Translations under genes and position numbers: made by a program
In this document: in pieces, positions 7,327 to 18,227 of the stretch
Position numbering within the stretch: position 1 is the stretch's first letter
Layout: the number at the start of each line of letters is the position of its first letter
Origin: Steroidobacteraceae bacterium
GTDB lineage: Bacteria > Pseudomonadota > Gammaproteobacteria > Steroidobacterales > Steroidobacteraceae
Assembly: GCA_044357085.1 (NCBI GenBank)
Contig: JBIKVA010000001.1
Span: 11,266-75,265 of the forward strand
Reading direction: 5' to 3'
DNA length: 64,000 nt
The notes under the pieces: generated by a model
Databases searched by the model: none
What the model saw: the letters and a program-made list of their open reading frames with translations, nothing else
What the model was told of the DNA's origin: nothing

Positions 7327-8570
7327 GTACACCAGTGTCGGACGCGGTTGCGGTCGATGTTGCGATCGTCGGTGGCGGGCTGGTTGGCGCAAGCCTTGCG
7401 CTGGCGCTCGCACCCACCGGCCTGCGGACTGCGCTGGTCGAAGGCGTGTCGCCGGGGGCAGCGACGCAGCCGAGTTTCGACGATCGCACCACCGCGCTCG
7501 GCAATGGCACCCGCCGCAGTTTCGAGGCGCTCGGCATCTGGTCGCGGGTGGCGTCGAGGGCGGCGCCGATCCGGCGCATACACGTGTCGGATGCCGGGCG
7601 CTTCGGCTTCGCCCGGCTCGATGCGTCCGAGCACGGCATCGATGCCTTCGGCTACGTGGTCACCAATCGCGTCCTCGGCGCTGCCCTGCACGCCGCGCTC
7701 GCCGAGTTGCCGAATCTCGAACTGCGCATGCCGGCGAAGTGCGTAGCCGTATCGCCCGGCGAACAGGACGTCACGATCGTCACGGAGCCTTCGAGCGTAC
7801 CCCTGCGGGCGCGGCTGGTGATCGGTGCCGATGGCGCGCAGTCCCGTGTGCGCGAGGCGGCGGGTCTCGGCGCCGATGTCGCGGACTACCACCAGGTTGC
7901 CGTCATCGCCCACGTGCGTACGTCCAGGGCGGCAGACGGTACCGCTTTCGAACGCTTCACGACCGAGGGACCGTTCGCCGTGCTGCCGTTGCATGACGGC
8001 GCCTACGGTGTGGTCTGGACACTCGCCCCCGAGGCGGCCGCGCGCGTACTCGCGCTGGGCGATGCCGAATATCTCCTCGCCCTGCAGGAGGCATTCGGCT
8101 GGCGACTCGGCCGCCTGCTCGAGGTGGGCAAGCGCAGTGCATACCCGCTCAAGCTGTCGCGCGCGCAGTCGCTCGTGGGGCCGCGCGTCGTGCTGATAGG
8201 CAATGCCGCACAGGGGCTGCATCCGGTCGCCGGCCAGGGGTTCAATCTCGGTCTGCGCGATGCGGCGACACTCGCCGAACTTCTGGCCGAGCGCGTGACC
8301 CGTGACGGCAGGAGCGTCGATGTCGGCGCGGCGGCGGTGCTCGAGGAGTTCGCCGCCCGGCGGCGCGCCGATCGCGACGGCGTGACGCGGTTCACCGACG
8401 GCCTGGTCAAGCTGTTCGGCGATACCCGTCCCGGCGTGCCGGCGTTGCGTGACCTCGGGCTGCTGCTCTTCGACCTGTCGCCCACGGCCAAGCAGGCCAT
8501 GTCGCGGCTCAGCTGGGGCTTTGCCGGCCGGACGCCGCGCCTCGGTCGCGGGCTGGGCGTGATGCCGTGA
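7323..8570 (+). CDS. ubiH: 2-octaprenyl-6-methoxyphenol hydroxylase (FAD-dependent)
   Basis: VDVAIVGGGLVGASLALAL Rossmann motif plus GNAAQGLHPVAGQGFNLGLRD. ATGA overlap with pepP. Confidence 0.88.
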   Translation: MSTPVSDAVAVDVAIVGGGLVGASLALALAPTGLRTALVEGVSPGAATQPSFDDRTTALGNGTRRSFEALGIWSRVASRAAPIRRIHVSDAGRFGFARLDASEHGIDAFGYVVTNRVLGAALHAALAELPNLELRMPAKCVAVSPGEQDVTIVTEPSSVPLRARLVIGADGAQSRVREAAGLGADVADYHQVAVIAHVRTSRAADGTAFERFTTEGPFAVLPLHDGAYGVVWTLAPEAAARVLALGDAEYLLALQEAFGWRLGRLLEVGKRSAYPLKLSRAQSLVGPRVVLIGNAAQGLHPVAGQGFNLGLRDAATLAELLAERVTRDGRSVDVGAAAVLEEFAARRRADRDGVTRFTDGLVKLFGDTRPGVPALRDLGLLLFDLSPTAKQAMSRLSWGFAGRTPRLGRGLGVMP

Positions 8571-9805
8571 GCAACGGTGATTTCTTTGATATTGCGATCG
8601 TGGGCGGCGGACCCGTCGGCGCCGCGCTCGGCGCGTTGCTGGTCCGCGGTGCCGCGGGGCGGCGGCGGGTGTTGTTGCTCGATCGCGGGTTCACGGATGC
8701 CGAGGCAGGGTCGCCTCCCCGTGAGGACCTGCGGGTGTTCGCGCTGTCGCGGGCAAGCGAGCGCATCCTGCGGGCGGCCGGGGCGTGGACCGGGCTCGCG
8801 AGTGCTCCCGGGATCCTCAGCGCCTACGAACGCATGCACGTCTGGCTGCACGATGCCGAGCCGCGCGGCGAGGGGTCGCTCACCTTCGACGCGGCCGAAC
8901 TCGGCGAGCCCGATCTCGGTTACATCGTCGGCAATGACGCCCTGCAAAGGGCGGCTCTGGCCGCTTTTCGTGCCGGTGGTGGCGAGGCGCGGGCCGCGTC
9001 GGTCGCCGACATGCGCTTTGCGGACGACCATGTACTGCTCGAGACCTCGGCAGGGTCGTTTGCGGCCCGGCTGGTGGTGGGCGCCGACGGCGGCCGCTCG
9101 GCGGTGCGTCGCGCGGCGGGATTCGCCGTCGAGTCGCAGGACTACGGGCAGCTCGGCATCGTCGCCAACGTGTCCAGCGAGCGCCCGCACGAGCGCACGG
9201 CCTGGCAGCGTTTTCTCGGGGAAGGCACGCTGGCGCTGCTGCCGCTTGCGAGCGGCCAGAGCTCCATCGTCTGGTCTTTGCCCGCGGCGCGGGCCGAGGC
9301 AATGCTCGAGGCGGACCCCGCGGTGTTCGATGCCGAGTTGACTGCGGCAAGTGCGCGGGTGCTCGGCGAATTGCGCATCGCAAGCGGGCGGCGCAGTTTT
9401 GCGCTGCGGCGCGTCAGCGCGCCGCGCTACGCCTGCGAGCGCTGTGCGCTCGTCGGCGACGCCGCGCACATCGTGCATCCGCTCGCGGGGCAGGGCGTCA
9501 ACCTGGGGCTGCTCGATGCCGCGGCACTCGCCGAGTTGCTGGACGCTGCGGCGGCCGAGCGCGAAGACCCGGGCGCGCTGCGGGTCCTGCGTCGCTACGA
9601 GCGCTGGCGCAAAAGCGACAACGAGACCATGAGCCTCGCCATGGATCTCTTCAACCGCTTCCTCGCCTTTGGTGGCGATGGCGCCGGCCAGTGGGTAGCG
9701 CGAGGCGTCGGCATGGTGGGCCGCAGCGCGTTGCTGCGTCGGCCGTTCGCCGAACGCGCGCTGGGCCTCGCCGGCGGCTTGCCGCAGATCGCCCGCCGCG
9801 GCTGA
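8567..9805 (+). CDS. ubiI: 2-octaprenylphenol hydroxylase UbiI/VisC-type FAD monooxygenase
   Basis: FDIAIVGGGPVGAALG... and GDAAHIVHPLAGQGVNLGLLD. GTGA overlap with ubiH; position as E. coli visC. Confidence 0.82.
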   Translation: MSNGDFFDIAIVGGGPVGAALGALLVRGAAGRRRVLLLDRGFTDAEAGSPPREDLRVFALSRASERILRAAGAWTGLASAPGILSAYERMHVWLHDAEPRGEGSLTFDAAELGEPDLGYIVGNDALQRAALAAFRAGGGEARAASVADMRFADDHVLLETSAGSFAARLVVGADGGRSAVRRAAGFAVESQDYGQLGIVANVSSERPHERTAWQRFLGEGTLALLPLASGQSSIVWSLPAARAEAMLEADPAVFDAELTAASARVLGELRIASGRRSFALRRVSAPRYACERCALVGDAAHIVHPLAGQGVNLGLLDAAALAELLDAAAAEREDPGALRVLRRYERWRKSDNETMSLAMDLFNRFLAFGGDGAGQWVARGVGMVGRSALLRRPFAERALGLAGGLPQIARRG

Positions 9806-9814
9806 GCCGCGGCA

Positions 9815-10150
9815 CTAGTCGAGCCGGTCGATCTTGGCCGCGCAGATGAAGTCGTTCTCGGTGAGCCCACCGACCGCGTGGGTGCTGTAGCGCAGGCGGC
9901 AATAGCCGTAACCGATCGCGAGATCCGGGTGATGGTCTTCGCTGTTGGCGATGTACGCGACGGCATTGACGAAGCCCATCGTGCGATGGAAGTCCTTGAA
10001 CGACCACTCGCGCTGCAGTTCCCGACCGTCCGGCGCCAGGCGCCACCCCGGGGCCAACTGGGTGAGCAAGCGTTCGCACTCCTCGCGCGGCAGAGGCGGT
10101 ACGCCACCCTCGCAGGGCAGGCATTTGCGTTCGGTCAGCGAATTGCTCAT
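9815..10150 (-). CDS. phhB: Pterin-4-alpha-carbinolamine dehydratase
   Basis: 111 aa: ...FKDFHRTMGFVNAVAYIANSEDHHPDL...THAVGGLTENDF is the PCD signature. Confidence 0.9.
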   Translation of the reverse strand: MSNSLTERKCLPCEGGVPPLPREECERLLTQLAPGWRLAPDGRELQREWSFKDFHRTMGFVNAVAYIANSEDHHPDLAIGYGYCRLRYSTHAVGGLTENDFICAAKIDRLD

Positions 10151-10224
10151 CGTCGTTCCTCTCGGTGTCGTCGCGCCAGTGTAGTTGCATCAGGGTCGGC
10201 GCATAAGTGTCGGCGCGTTGCCCC

Positions 10225-11448
10225 TCAGGGGTTGTCGCGGCGCGGGTAGCGGCGCGCCACGTAAGCCTCGACCAACTGCTGGAATTCTTCGGCGATATGC
10301 TCGCCCTTCAGCGTCACGGTCTTCTCGCCGTCCTCGTACACCGGCGCCACGGGCCGTTCACCCGTGCCGGGCAGGCTGATGCCGATGTTGGCGTGCTTGC
10401 TTTCCCCGGGACCGTTGACCACGCAGCCCATCACAGCCACGTTCATCATCTCCACGCCGTCGTGCAGCTTGCGCCATTCCGGCATGCGGTGGCGGATGTG
10501 GGTCTGGATCGATTTCGCCAGTTCCTGGAAGTAGGTGCTGGTGGTGCGGCCGCAGCCCGGGCAGGCGATGACCATGGGCACGAAGGAGCGCAGCCCCATG
10601 GTCTGCAGGATCTCCTGGGCGACGATCACTTCCTGCGTCCGGTCACCGTTCGGTTCCGGCGTGAGCGAGACGCGAATGGTGTCGCCGATGCCGCGTTGCA
10701 ACAGCACGCCGATGCCAGCGGTGGAGGCGACGATGCCCTTGCTGCCCATGCCGGCCTCGGTCAGGCCGACGTGCAGGGGGTAGTCGCAGCGGGCGGCGAG
10801 ATCGGTGTAGATGGCGATCAGGTCCTGCACGCCGCTGACCTTGGCCGACAGCACGATGTGATCGTGCGGCTGGCCGAGTTCCTCGGCACGGCGGGCGCTC
10901 TGCAGACAGGACTCCACCACCGCGGCACGCATGACCTCGTTGGCGCTGCGCGGGTTCGCCGAGGCGTTGTTCTCGTCCATCATCCGCGTCAGCAGGTCGC
11001 CGTCGAGACTGCCCCAGTTCACCCCGATGCGGACGGGTTTGCGGTAGTGGCAGGCGACCTCGATCATTTCGGCGAACTGCGGGTCGCGCTTGCTGCCGCG
11101 ACCGACGTTGCCCGGGTTGATACGGTACTTGGCGAGTGCCTCGGCACAGGCCGGATGGGCTTTCAGCAACTTGTGGCCGTTGAAGTGGAAATCGCCGACC
11201 AGCGGCACGCGCACACCCTCGCGCTCGAGACGATCGCGGATGTGCGGCACGGCTGCGGCCGCTTCCTCGGTGTTGACGGTGACGCGGACGATCTCGGAGC
11301 CCGCGCGGGCGAGCGAGCGCACCTGCGCGACGGTGGACTCAACGTCCGCGGTGTCGGTATTGGTCATCGACTGCACCACGATGGGTGCGCCGCCGCCGAC
11401 CCTCACGCCGCCGACGGTCGCAGCCACGCTCTGCCTGCGGTTGATCAT
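10225..11448 (-). CDS. ispG: 4-hydroxy-3-methylbut-2-en-1-yl diphosphate synthase
   Basis: [20 protein letters not shown]...VACPGCGRT...GCVVNGPGE is the GcpE signature. Confidence 0.95.
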   Translation of the reverse strand: MINRRQSVAATVGGVRVGGGAPIVVQSMTNTDTADVESTVAQVRSLARAGSEIVRVTVNTEEAAAAVPHIRDRLEREGVRVPLVGDFHFNGHKLLKAHPACAEALAKYRINPGNVGRGSKRDPQFAEMIEVACHYRKPVRIGVNWGSLDGDLLTRMMDENNASANPRSANEVMRAAVVESCLQSARRAEELGQPHDHIVLSAKVSGVQDLIAIYTDLAARCDYPLHVGLTEAGMGSKGIVASTAGIGVLLQRGIGDTIRVSLTPEPNGDRTQEVIVAQEILQTMGLRSFVPMVIACPGCGRTTSTYFQELAKSIQTHIRHRMPEWRKLHDGVEMMNVAVMGCVVNGPGESKHANIGISLPGTGERPVAPVYEDGEKTVTLKGEHIAEEFQQLVEAYVARRYPRRDNP

Positions 11449-13328
11449 TTCCTGTTTCCCTCTTTGGTCGCGTTGATCCAGCTGCGGACATGCTGTTCCA
11501 TGAGATCGAGCGGTACGGCGCCGGTGGACAGCACGGTGTCGTGGAAGGTGCGGATGTCGAAGCGCTCGCCGAGCGCCGCCTCGGCCTCGCGCCGCAGCGC
11601 GATGATGCGCAGCTGGCCGATCTTGTAGGCGAGCGCCTGACCGGGCCAGGAGATGTAGCGGTCGATTTCATTGACGATGTCGGCTTCGGTCTTGGCCGCG
11701 TTGTCCTTGAAGAAATCGATGGCTTGCTGGCGGCTCCAGCCCTTGGAGTGCATGCCGGTATCGACTACGAGACGCACGGCGCGCCACATGTCGTAGGTCA
11801 GCTGGCCGAACTTCGAGTAGGGGTCCTGGTAGAGGCCGAGTTCCTCGCCCAGGCTTTCCGAGTACAGCCCCCAGCCTTCGATGTAGGCGGTGTAGCCGGC
11901 GTTGCGGCGGAAGTCCGGCATGCTCGCCTGTTCCATGGCGAGGGCGATCTGCAGGTGATGACCGGGGACCGCCTCATGCACCGACAGCACTTCCATTTCG
12001 TACTTGGGTCTCACCTCGGGGCGGTAGAGGTTGACGTAGTAGTAGCCCGGCCGCGAGCCGTCGACAGCGGGCCCCTGGTAGTACGCGGTGGTGGTGTTGG
12101 GAGCGCTCGACATCGGGATCGGACGCAAGCCATAGGGGGTGCGCGGCAGTTTGCCGAAGAGGCGTACCAGGTTGGGGTCGATGCGCTTCGAGACCGCGAG
12201 ATAGCCCTCGAACAGTTCCTGCGACGACTTGTAGTAGAACTGCGGGTCGGTGCGCAGGAACGTGAAGAACTCCTGCAGTGATCCCTTGAAGCCGACTTTG
12301 TCCTTGATGGCCAGCATCTCGGCGCGGATACGCCGCACCTCGCCGAGGCCGATCTCGTGGATCCGGTCCGCTTCGAGCGAGGGTACCGTCGTGTGATACG
12401 CGATCCGCTCGCGGTAGTAGGCCGCGCCGTCGGGCGTGTTGGAGATGCCCACCGACTCGCGCGTGGCGGGCAGGTACTCTTCGTTGAATGCCTTGGTGAA
12501 GCGCGCATAGGCGGGCAGCACCACGCGTTCGATGGCGCTGCGACCCGCTGCCGCCAGCCGCAAGCGCGTCGCCGCGTCCATGTCGTCCGGGAAACGCGCG
12601 AACGGCGCGTGGAACGGGCTGTCCTCGGCCCGGGTCACGTTCTGCAAGGCAAGTTGTGCCGGGATGCGTTGCATGATCGCGCGTGGCTGGGTCCGGCGTT
12701 CGCGCACCGCTTGCCTCAGCAAGGCGATGTTCTGGTCGACCAGTGTGCCGACCGACTCCAGCCGCCGGATCCAGTCCTCGTAGTCCCGCACGCTGCGGAA
12801 CCCGAGCATTTCGGTGACCTCGTGCAGGGTCTGTATGCCGCCCATGTGACTGATGGCATAGAGGTGGGGCTTGAACGGCCAGGTGGCGAGCCGCTGCTGG
12901 TACTCGCGAGCGAACAGGTCGTAGTCGAGTTGTGCGGTTGGCGAGAGCGCAGCGCGTGGCATGGCACGCAGTGCCGCCAGGGTGTCGAGGTCGTGCTGAT
13001 GGCGGCGCTCGATTGCACCCGCCGACATGTCGGTCCAGCGGTCGTTGTAGCGGTTGTCGCCGAGGTAGTTGGCGAGCAGCGGATCCGCGGCGAGCTCCTG
13101 CTGCCACGCGGTGTCGAACAGGCTGCGCAAGGCGGCGTCCGCTGCGGCAATGCTGGCCGGCGTCGTCGCGGCGGGCGCGGCGGGCACGGCGGCAGTAGCA
13201 GTCGTAGCCGCAGTCGCCTCCGCGCCTCGCGAGCCTGCGAGTCCCGCGGCAAGGATCATCGATACGGCAATGGCGAGGCTGCGGCTACCGGGTCGGTACG
13301 GACCGGATCGGCGAAGGCGAGTGGGCAT
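11445..13328 (-). CDS. DUF885-family secreted protein (putative metallopeptidase-like, HExxH-type HEAVPGHH)
   Basis: Start is the internal ATG at 13328 with GGAGGAG upstream. Signal peptide [10 protein letters not shown]...[14 protein letters not shown]. The upstream part of ORF 11445..13685 runs antisense through the riboswitch and was trimmed. Confidence 0.8.
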   Translation of the reverse strand: MPTRLRRSGPYRPGSRSLAIAVSMILAAGLAGSRGAEATAATTATAAVPAAPAATTPASIAAADAALRSLFDTAWQQELAADPLLANYLGDNRYNDRWTDMSAGAIERRHQHDLDTLAALRAMPRAALSPTAQLDYDLFAREYQQRLATWPFKPHLYAISHMGGIQTLHEVTEMLGFRSVRDYEDWIRRLESVGTLVDQNIALLRQAVRERRTQPRAIMQRIPAQLALQNVTRAEDSPFHAPFARFPDDMDAATRLRLAAAGRSAIERVVLPAYARFTKAFNEEYLPATRESVGISNTPDGAAYYRERIAYHTTVPSLEADRIHEIGLGEVRRIRAEMLAIKDKVGFKGSLQEFFTFLRTDPQFYYKSSQELFEGYLAVSKRIDPNLVRLFGKLPRTPYGLRPIPMSSAPNTTTAYYQGPAVDGSRPGYYYVNLYRPEVRPKYEMEVLSVHEAVPGHHLQIALAMEQASMPDFRRNAGYTAYIEGWGLYSESLGEELGLYQDPYSKFGQLTYDMWRAVRLVVDTGMHSKGWSRQQAIDFFKDNAAKTEADIVNEIDRYISWPGQALAYKIGQLRIIALRREAEAALGERFDIRTFHDTVLSTGAVPLDLMEQHVRSWINATKEGNRK

Positions 13329-13432
13329 GAGGTGGGTCTCCTCCAAAGTGACAAGTCGACGGTCGATGGCGGGCAACTTTCCGCACTCGCCCCGGCGGGC
13401 GCTGCTATTATGCAAGGGTTCGCGTATCCCGA

Positions 13433-13668
13433 CCTTGCCGGAGAGATTCACCGTCCTCAGCTGCTGCCCCGACGGGTGGCACCACTGACTGGTGAACGCC
13501 GAAGGCGCAAGTTTCCGCCCGGAAACGCTCAGGCAAAAGAACGGCAGGTCGCAGGCGGACTCTGGAGAGTGATCCGGTCGCGTGCCACATCGTGGGTGCA
13601 GCCGGGTCCACCGAAGGGGAGCGGCACGCCTTTCGCGTCGTGCCTGATCTCTCAGGTCCAAGGACAGA
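13433..13668 (+). promoter_or_regulatory. Tandem glycine riboswitch (two aptamers)
   Basis: Aptamer 1: GGAGAG...ACGCCGAAGGCGCAA...hairpin GUUUCCG/GGAAAC...CUCAGGCAAAAGAAC. Aptamer 2: CUCUGGAGAG...CACCGAAGGGGAGC...hairpin GGCACG/CGUGCC...CUCAGGUCCAAGGACAGAG. Lies upstream of gcvT. Confidence 0.88.
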
Positions 13669-13710
13669 GGGGCGGCAGGGGTCAAAGAGACCCCTGCCGC
13701 CCTTTTTTTT
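13669..13710 (+). terminator. Riboswitch expression-platform intrinsic terminator
   Basis: GGGCGGCAGGGGTC-aaaga-GACCCCTGCCGCCC followed by T8; 43 nt before the gcvT ATG. Confidence 0.85.
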
Positions 13711-13753
13711 GGTCCTGGCGGTGACCACCGGAGGCCGTTTCACGGATAACTGC

Positions 13754-14854
13754 ATGCGACGCAAGACACCCCTCTACAACGTGCATGTCGCACTCGGCGC
13801 CCGCATGGTCGATTTCGGCGGCTGGGACATGCCGGTCAATTACGGCTCGCAGATCGAGGAGCATCACCAGGTGCGTCGCGGCGCCGGGATGTTCGACGTG
13901 TCGCACATGTGCCTCGTCGACGTCCGCGGTCCCGATGCGCGCGTCTTCCTGTCGAGGCTGCTTGCCAACGACGTTGCCAAGCTGCGCGTCGAGGGCAAGG
14001 CGCTCTACAGCTGCATGCTGAACCCGAAAGGCGGGGTGATGGACGACCTGATCGTCTATTTCATGAACGAACAGTGGTTCCGGCTCGTCGTCAATGCCGG
14101 TCCGCGCGACTCCGACGTGGCCTGGATGCGCGCGGTGGCGCGCGAGACGGTGTCGCGTCTCGAGATCATCGAGCGCGTCGACCTCGCCATGATCGCCGTG
14201 CAGGGACCGGCCGCGCGCGATCGTGTCGCCGAACTGCTCGCCCCCGAGGATCGGGCGCCGGCGCTGGCCCTCGAAAATTTCTTCGGGCGCGTGTGCGGCG
14301 AATGGTTCGTGGCCCGCACCGGATACACGGGCGAAGATGGCTTCGAGCTGGTGCTGCCGATCGAGGAGGCGGTGTCGACGTGGCAGGCGCTCGCGGCTGC
14401 CGGCGTCGCTCCCTGCGGACTCGGTTCCCGCGACACGCTGCGCCTCGAGGCCGGCATGAACCTCTATGGCAGCGACATGGACGCGACCACCAATCCGCTC
14501 GAGTCGGGGCTCGCCTGGACGGTGGCCTTCGAGCCGGCATCGCGCGATTTCATTGGCCGCGAGGCGCTGGAGCTCGCGCGCGGCGGGGTGGGTCCGTCAC
14601 GCAAGCTCGTCGGTTTGCTGCTCGAGGATCGGGGGGTGCTGCGCGCCCACCAGCGGGTCGTCGTTCCCGGTGTCGGCGACGGTGAGGTCACGAGCGGCAC
14701 CTTCTCGCCGACCCTTGAGCGCTCGATCGCGTTGGCCCGGGTGCCACGCGCCACCGGCGACGTCGTCCAGGTCGACATCCGCGGCAAGCTGCTGCCCGCG
14801 CGGGTTGTCAAACCGCCCTTCGTGCGCAACGGCCGCGCGCTGATCACGCCCTGA
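13754..14854 (+). CDS. gcvT: Glycine cleavage system T protein (aminomethyltransferase)
   Basis: [52 protein letters not shown]... Internal ATG of ORF 13592..14854. Confidence 0.95.
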   Translation: MRRKTPLYNVHVALGARMVDFGGWDMPVNYGSQIEEHHQVRRGAGMFDVSHMCLVDVRGPDARVFLSRLLANDVAKLRVEGKALYSCMLNPKGGVMDDLIVYFMNEQWFRLVVNAGPRDSDVAWMRAVARETVSRLEIIERVDLAMIAVQGPAARDRVAELLAPEDRAPALALENFFGRVCGEWFVARTGYTGEDGFELVLPIEEAVSTWQALAAAGVAPCGLGSRDTLRLEAGMNLYGSDMDATTNPLESGLAWTVAFEPASRDFIGREALELARGGVGPSRKLVGLLLEDRGVLRAHQRVVVPGVGDGEVTSGTFSPTLERSIALARVPRATGDVVQVDIRGKLLPARVVKPPFVRNGRALITP

Positions 14855-14926
14855 TTCTTCCCGCATGCCGTTTTCGGCGCGGGATTCTTCGAGTTTTCAT
14901 TTTTTGACCTTCCAGGAGTTTCTCCC

Positions 14927-15322
14927 ATGAGCAACGTTCCCGCAGACCTGAAATACGCCAGGACCCACGAATGGGTTCGCTTGCTGGCCGACGGCAGGGT
15001 CGAGATCGGCATTACCGACCACGCGCAGCAGGCCCTCGGCGATCTGGTGTTCGTCGAAGTCCCCGAGTCCGGCCGGACACTCGAGGCCGGCGCGGCCTGT
15101 GCCGTTGTCGAGTCGGTCAAGGCGGCATCGGACGTGTATGCGCCGATCGCCGGCACCGTGCTCGAGAGCAACGCCGAGCTGGCCGGGGCACCCGAACTCA
15201 TCAACCAGGATTGCTACGGCAAGGGCTGGATGATCCGCGTGCAGCCGGCTTCGACCGCCGCGCTCGAAGCGCTGCTGTCGCCCGCAGCCTATGCGGCGGC
15301 GCTCGCTGCGGAGGGTGGCTGA
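14927..15322 (+). CDS. gcvH: Glycine cleavage system H protein
   Basis: 131 aa with the lipoyl-lysine motif [14 protein letters not shown]. Confidence 0.95.
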   Translation: MSNVPADLKYARTHEWVRLLADGRVEIGITDHAQQALGDLVFVEVPESGRTLEAGAACAVVESVKAASDVYAPIAGTVLESNAELAGAPELINQDCYGKGWMIRVQPASTAALEALLSPAAYAAALAAEGG

Positions 15323-15323
15323 G

Positions 15324-16697
15324 ATGCCTTTCATTCCGCATACCGAGGATGACGTCCGCGAGATGCTGGCGGCGATCGGCGCCCCCTCCATCGAGGCTCT
15401 CTTCGACGAGATTCCGTCCGCACTGCGCGTGCAGGGCCTTGCCGGCATTCCTGAAGGCCTCTCCGAGATGGAAGTGGGCCGGCTGATGGGCGAGCGCGCC
15501 CGGCAGGACGGCCGACCGCTGTGCTTCCTCGGCGCGGGTGCCTATGAGCACCACATTCCCGCGGCGGTCTGGGCCATCACCACCCGCGGCGAGTTCTACA
15601 GCGCCTACACGCCATACCAGGCCGAAGCGAGCCAGGGCACGCTGCAGCTGATCCACGAATACCAGACGATGATCACCAGCCTGACCGGCATGGAAGTCTC
15701 CAACGCGTCGTTGTACGACGGCGGCTCCGCCGTGGCCGAGGCCGCCCTGATGGCGGTGCGCGCCCATCGCAAGTCGAAGAGCCTGCGGATCCTCGTGCCC
15801 TCGACCGTCAACCCCAATTACCGCCGCGTTGCGCTGAGCACGGCGGGTAACCAGGGACTGCGTTTCGAGATCGTGCCCTATTCGCGCGAGACCGGATGCA
15901 TCGAGATGGAAGCGCTGGCGGGGCTGGCCGGCGAAGACATCGCCGCGCTTGTCATCCAGCAGCCCAATTTCTTTGGTCAGCTCGAGGATGTCGATGCACT
16001 CACCGACTGGGCGCACTCGCACAACATGCTGGTGATCGCGGTGGTCAACCCGACCTCGCTGGCGATGCTGAAGCCGCCGGGCGAGTGGGGCACCAAGGGT
16101 GCCGATATCTGCGTCGGCGAGGGGCAGCCGCTCGGTGTGCCGCTGTCTTCCGGCGGACCTTACTTCGGGTTCATGACCACCCGCATGGAATACGTGCGCT
16201 CGATGCCGGGCCGCATCGTCGGCCGCACCGTCGACCTCGAGGGTCGTCCGGGCTACACGCTGACGCTGCAGGCCCGCGAGCAGCACATCCGGCGCGGCAA
16301 GGCCACCTCGAACATCTGCACCAACCAGGGCCTGCTGATGACGGCGGCGACGATCTACATGAGCCTTGTCGGCCCCGCGGGCCTCGCGAAGGTGGCCGAG
16401 TCGTGCATGGCGCGCACGCGGCAGCTCGTGGCGGCACTCGCTCGCCAGCGCGGCGTGCGCCAGGCCTTCAACGGTCCGCGCTTCCACGAAAGCGTGCTGT
16501 TGCTCGATCGTCCGGCGGGAGCCGTGCTGAGCGAACTGGCCGCACAGGGCATCCAGGGCGGCGTCGATCTCTCGGCCGACTACCCGGAGCTCGGCTCCGC
16601 CATCCTCGTGTGTGCGACCGAAACCAAGACCGATGGCGACATCGAGCGCTATGCCAGGTCGCTCGGCTCGGCGCTGCAGTCCGTCCGTGCCGCCTGA
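15324..16697 (+). CDS. gcvPA: Glycine dehydrogenase (decarboxylating) subunit 1
   Basis: [19 protein letters not shown]...[14 protein letters not shown]... is the split P-protein alpha subunit. Confidence 0.93.
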   Translation: MPFIPHTEDDVREMLAAIGAPSIEALFDEIPSALRVQGLAGIPEGLSEMEVGRLMGERARQDGRPLCFLGAGAYEHHIPAAVWAITTRGEFYSAYTPYQAEASQGTLQLIHEYQTMITSLTGMEVSNASLYDGGSAVAEAALMAVRAHRKSKSLRILVPSTVNPNYRRVALSTAGNQGLRFEIVPYSRETGCIEMEALAGLAGEDIAALVIQQPNFFGQLEDVDALTDWAHSHNMLVIAVVNPTSLAMLKPPGEWGTKGADICVGEGQPLGVPLSSGGPYFGFMTTRMEYVRSMPGRIVGRTVDLEGRPGYTLTLQAREQHIRRGKATSNICTNQGLLMTAATIYMSLVGPAGLAKVAESCMARTRQLVAALARQRGVRQAFNGPRFHESVLLLDRPAGAVLSELAAQGIQGGVDLSADYPELGSAILVCATETKTDGDIERYARSLGSALQSVRAA

Positions 16698-16721
16698 GCG
16701 CACGGTGCGCAGGAGAACGAC

Positions 16722-18227
16722 ATGAACCAGACACTCGAACGATCGATCTTCGAATACTCGCGCGAGGGGCGCGGCGCCGATGCGCAGCACCCGCCCGCGC
16801 TGCGTGGCGCGTCGGCGGCCGCCGCCGAGGAAGCCGTTGCGGCCATTCCCGCCGCGCTGCGGCGCCGGCAGAAGCCGTTGCTTCCCGAGGTCAGCGAGCT
16901 CGAGGTGGTACGCCACTTCACGCGGCTCTCGCAGCTCAACTTCTCCATCGACACGAACTTCTACCCGCTCGGTTCGTGCACGATGAAATACAACCCCAAG
17001 GCATGCAACCAGTTCGCGATGCTGCCCGAGTTCCTCGCGCGGCATCCGCTCGCCCCCGATTCCCAGGGCCAGGGCTTCCTGTCCTGCATGTTCGAACTGC
17101 AGGAGATGCTCAAGGAAGTGACCGGCATGAAAGCCGTGTCGCTCAACCCGATGGCCGGTGCCCATGGCGAGTTCGCTGGCGTGGCCATGATCCGCGCCTA
17201 CCATCGCGCCCGCGGCGATCTCGCCCGCAACGAGATCATCGTGCCTGAGGCCGCGCACGGCACCAATCCTGCAACGGCGACCATGTGCGGCTGCGTGGTG
17301 CGCGAGATCCCCGTGGATGCCGAGGGTGACGTCGACATCGAGGCCCTGGCACGGGCGGTAGGCCCGAACACGGCCGGCATCATGCTCACCAATCCGTCCA
17401 CCCTCGGGGTGTTCGAGCGCAAGATCGAGGATGTCGCGCGCATCGTGCACGGCGCGGGCGGGCTGCTCTATTACGACGGTGCGAACCTCAACGCCATCCT
17501 CGGCAAGGTTCGTCCCGGCGACATGGGCTTCGACGTGATCCACATGAACCTGCACAAGACCTTTTCGACGCCGCACGGTGGCGGCGGTCCCGGTGCCGGC
17601 GCGGTGGGCGTCAGCGCGCGACTCGAGCCATTCCTGCCGGTGCCCGTGGTCGGGCGCGAGGGCGACGCGTACCGCTGGCTCACCGAGGCGGATCGGCCGC
17701 AGTCGATCGGCCGCCTGTCGGCGTTCATGGGCAACGCCGGCGTGCTGCTGCGCGCCTACGTCTACATGCGCATGCTGGGCCGCGAGGGCATGAGCCGCGT
17801 GGGAGAGTTTGCGACGCTGAACGCGAACTACCTGATGGCGCGCCTGCGCCGGGCGGGCTTCGATCTCGCCTACCCGACGCGCCGGGCCAGCCACGAGTTC
17901 ATCGTCACCATGAAGCGGCAGGCCAAGGAACTCAACGTCACCGCGATGGACGTCGCCAAGCGCCTGCTCGACTACGGCTTCCATGCACCGACGACCTACT
18001 TCCCGCTGCTCGTGCCCGAGTGCCTGTTGATCGAACCCACCGAGACCGAGAGCCGCGAGACGCTCGACGCCTTCGTGGAGGCGATGGTGGCTATCCTCGG
18101 CGAGGCGGAAAGCGACGCCGCCAAGCTCAAGGGCGCGCCGTACACGATGCCTGTCCGGCGCCTCGACGACGTACGCGCCGCGAAACAGCTCGAACTGACC
18201 TGGAAGCCGGTAAACTCCGCGGCGTGA
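16722..18227 (+). CDS. gcvPB: Glycine dehydrogenase (decarboxylating) subunit 2
   Basis: 501 aa with [18 protein letters not shown] (PLP lysine region). Confidence 0.93.
   Translation: MNQTLERSIFEYSREGRGADAQHPPALRGASAAAAEEAVAAIPAALRRRQKPLLPEVSELEVVRHFTRLSQLNFSIDTNFYPLGSCTMKYNPKACNQFAMLPEFLARHPLAPDSQGQGFLSCMFELQEMLKEVTGMKAVSLNPMAGAHGEFAGVAMIRAYHRARGDLARNEIIVPEAAHGTNPATATMCGCVVREIPVDAEGDVDIEALARAVGPNTAGIMLTNPSTLGVFERKIEDVARIVHGAGGLLYYDGANLNAILGKVRPGDMGFDVIHMNLHKTFSTPHGGGGPGAGAVGVSARLEPFLPVPVVGREGDAYRWLTEADRPQSIGRLSAFMGNAGVLLRAYVYMRMLGREGMSRVGEFATLNANYLMARLRRAGFDLAYPTRRASHEFIVTMKRQAKELNVTAMDVAKRLLDYGFHAPTTYFPLLVPECLLIEPTETESRETLDAFVEAMVAILGEAESDAAKLKGAPYTMPVRRLDDVRAAKQLELTWKPVNSAA

Noticed and set aside
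13592-13753. N-terminal extension of the gcvT ORF (and the antisense DUF885 ORF extension) covering the riboswitch region.
   Set aside because: The region has strong glycine-aptamer consensus and a terminator. The gcvT N-terminus MRRKTPLY matches orthologues, so the extension is non-coding.
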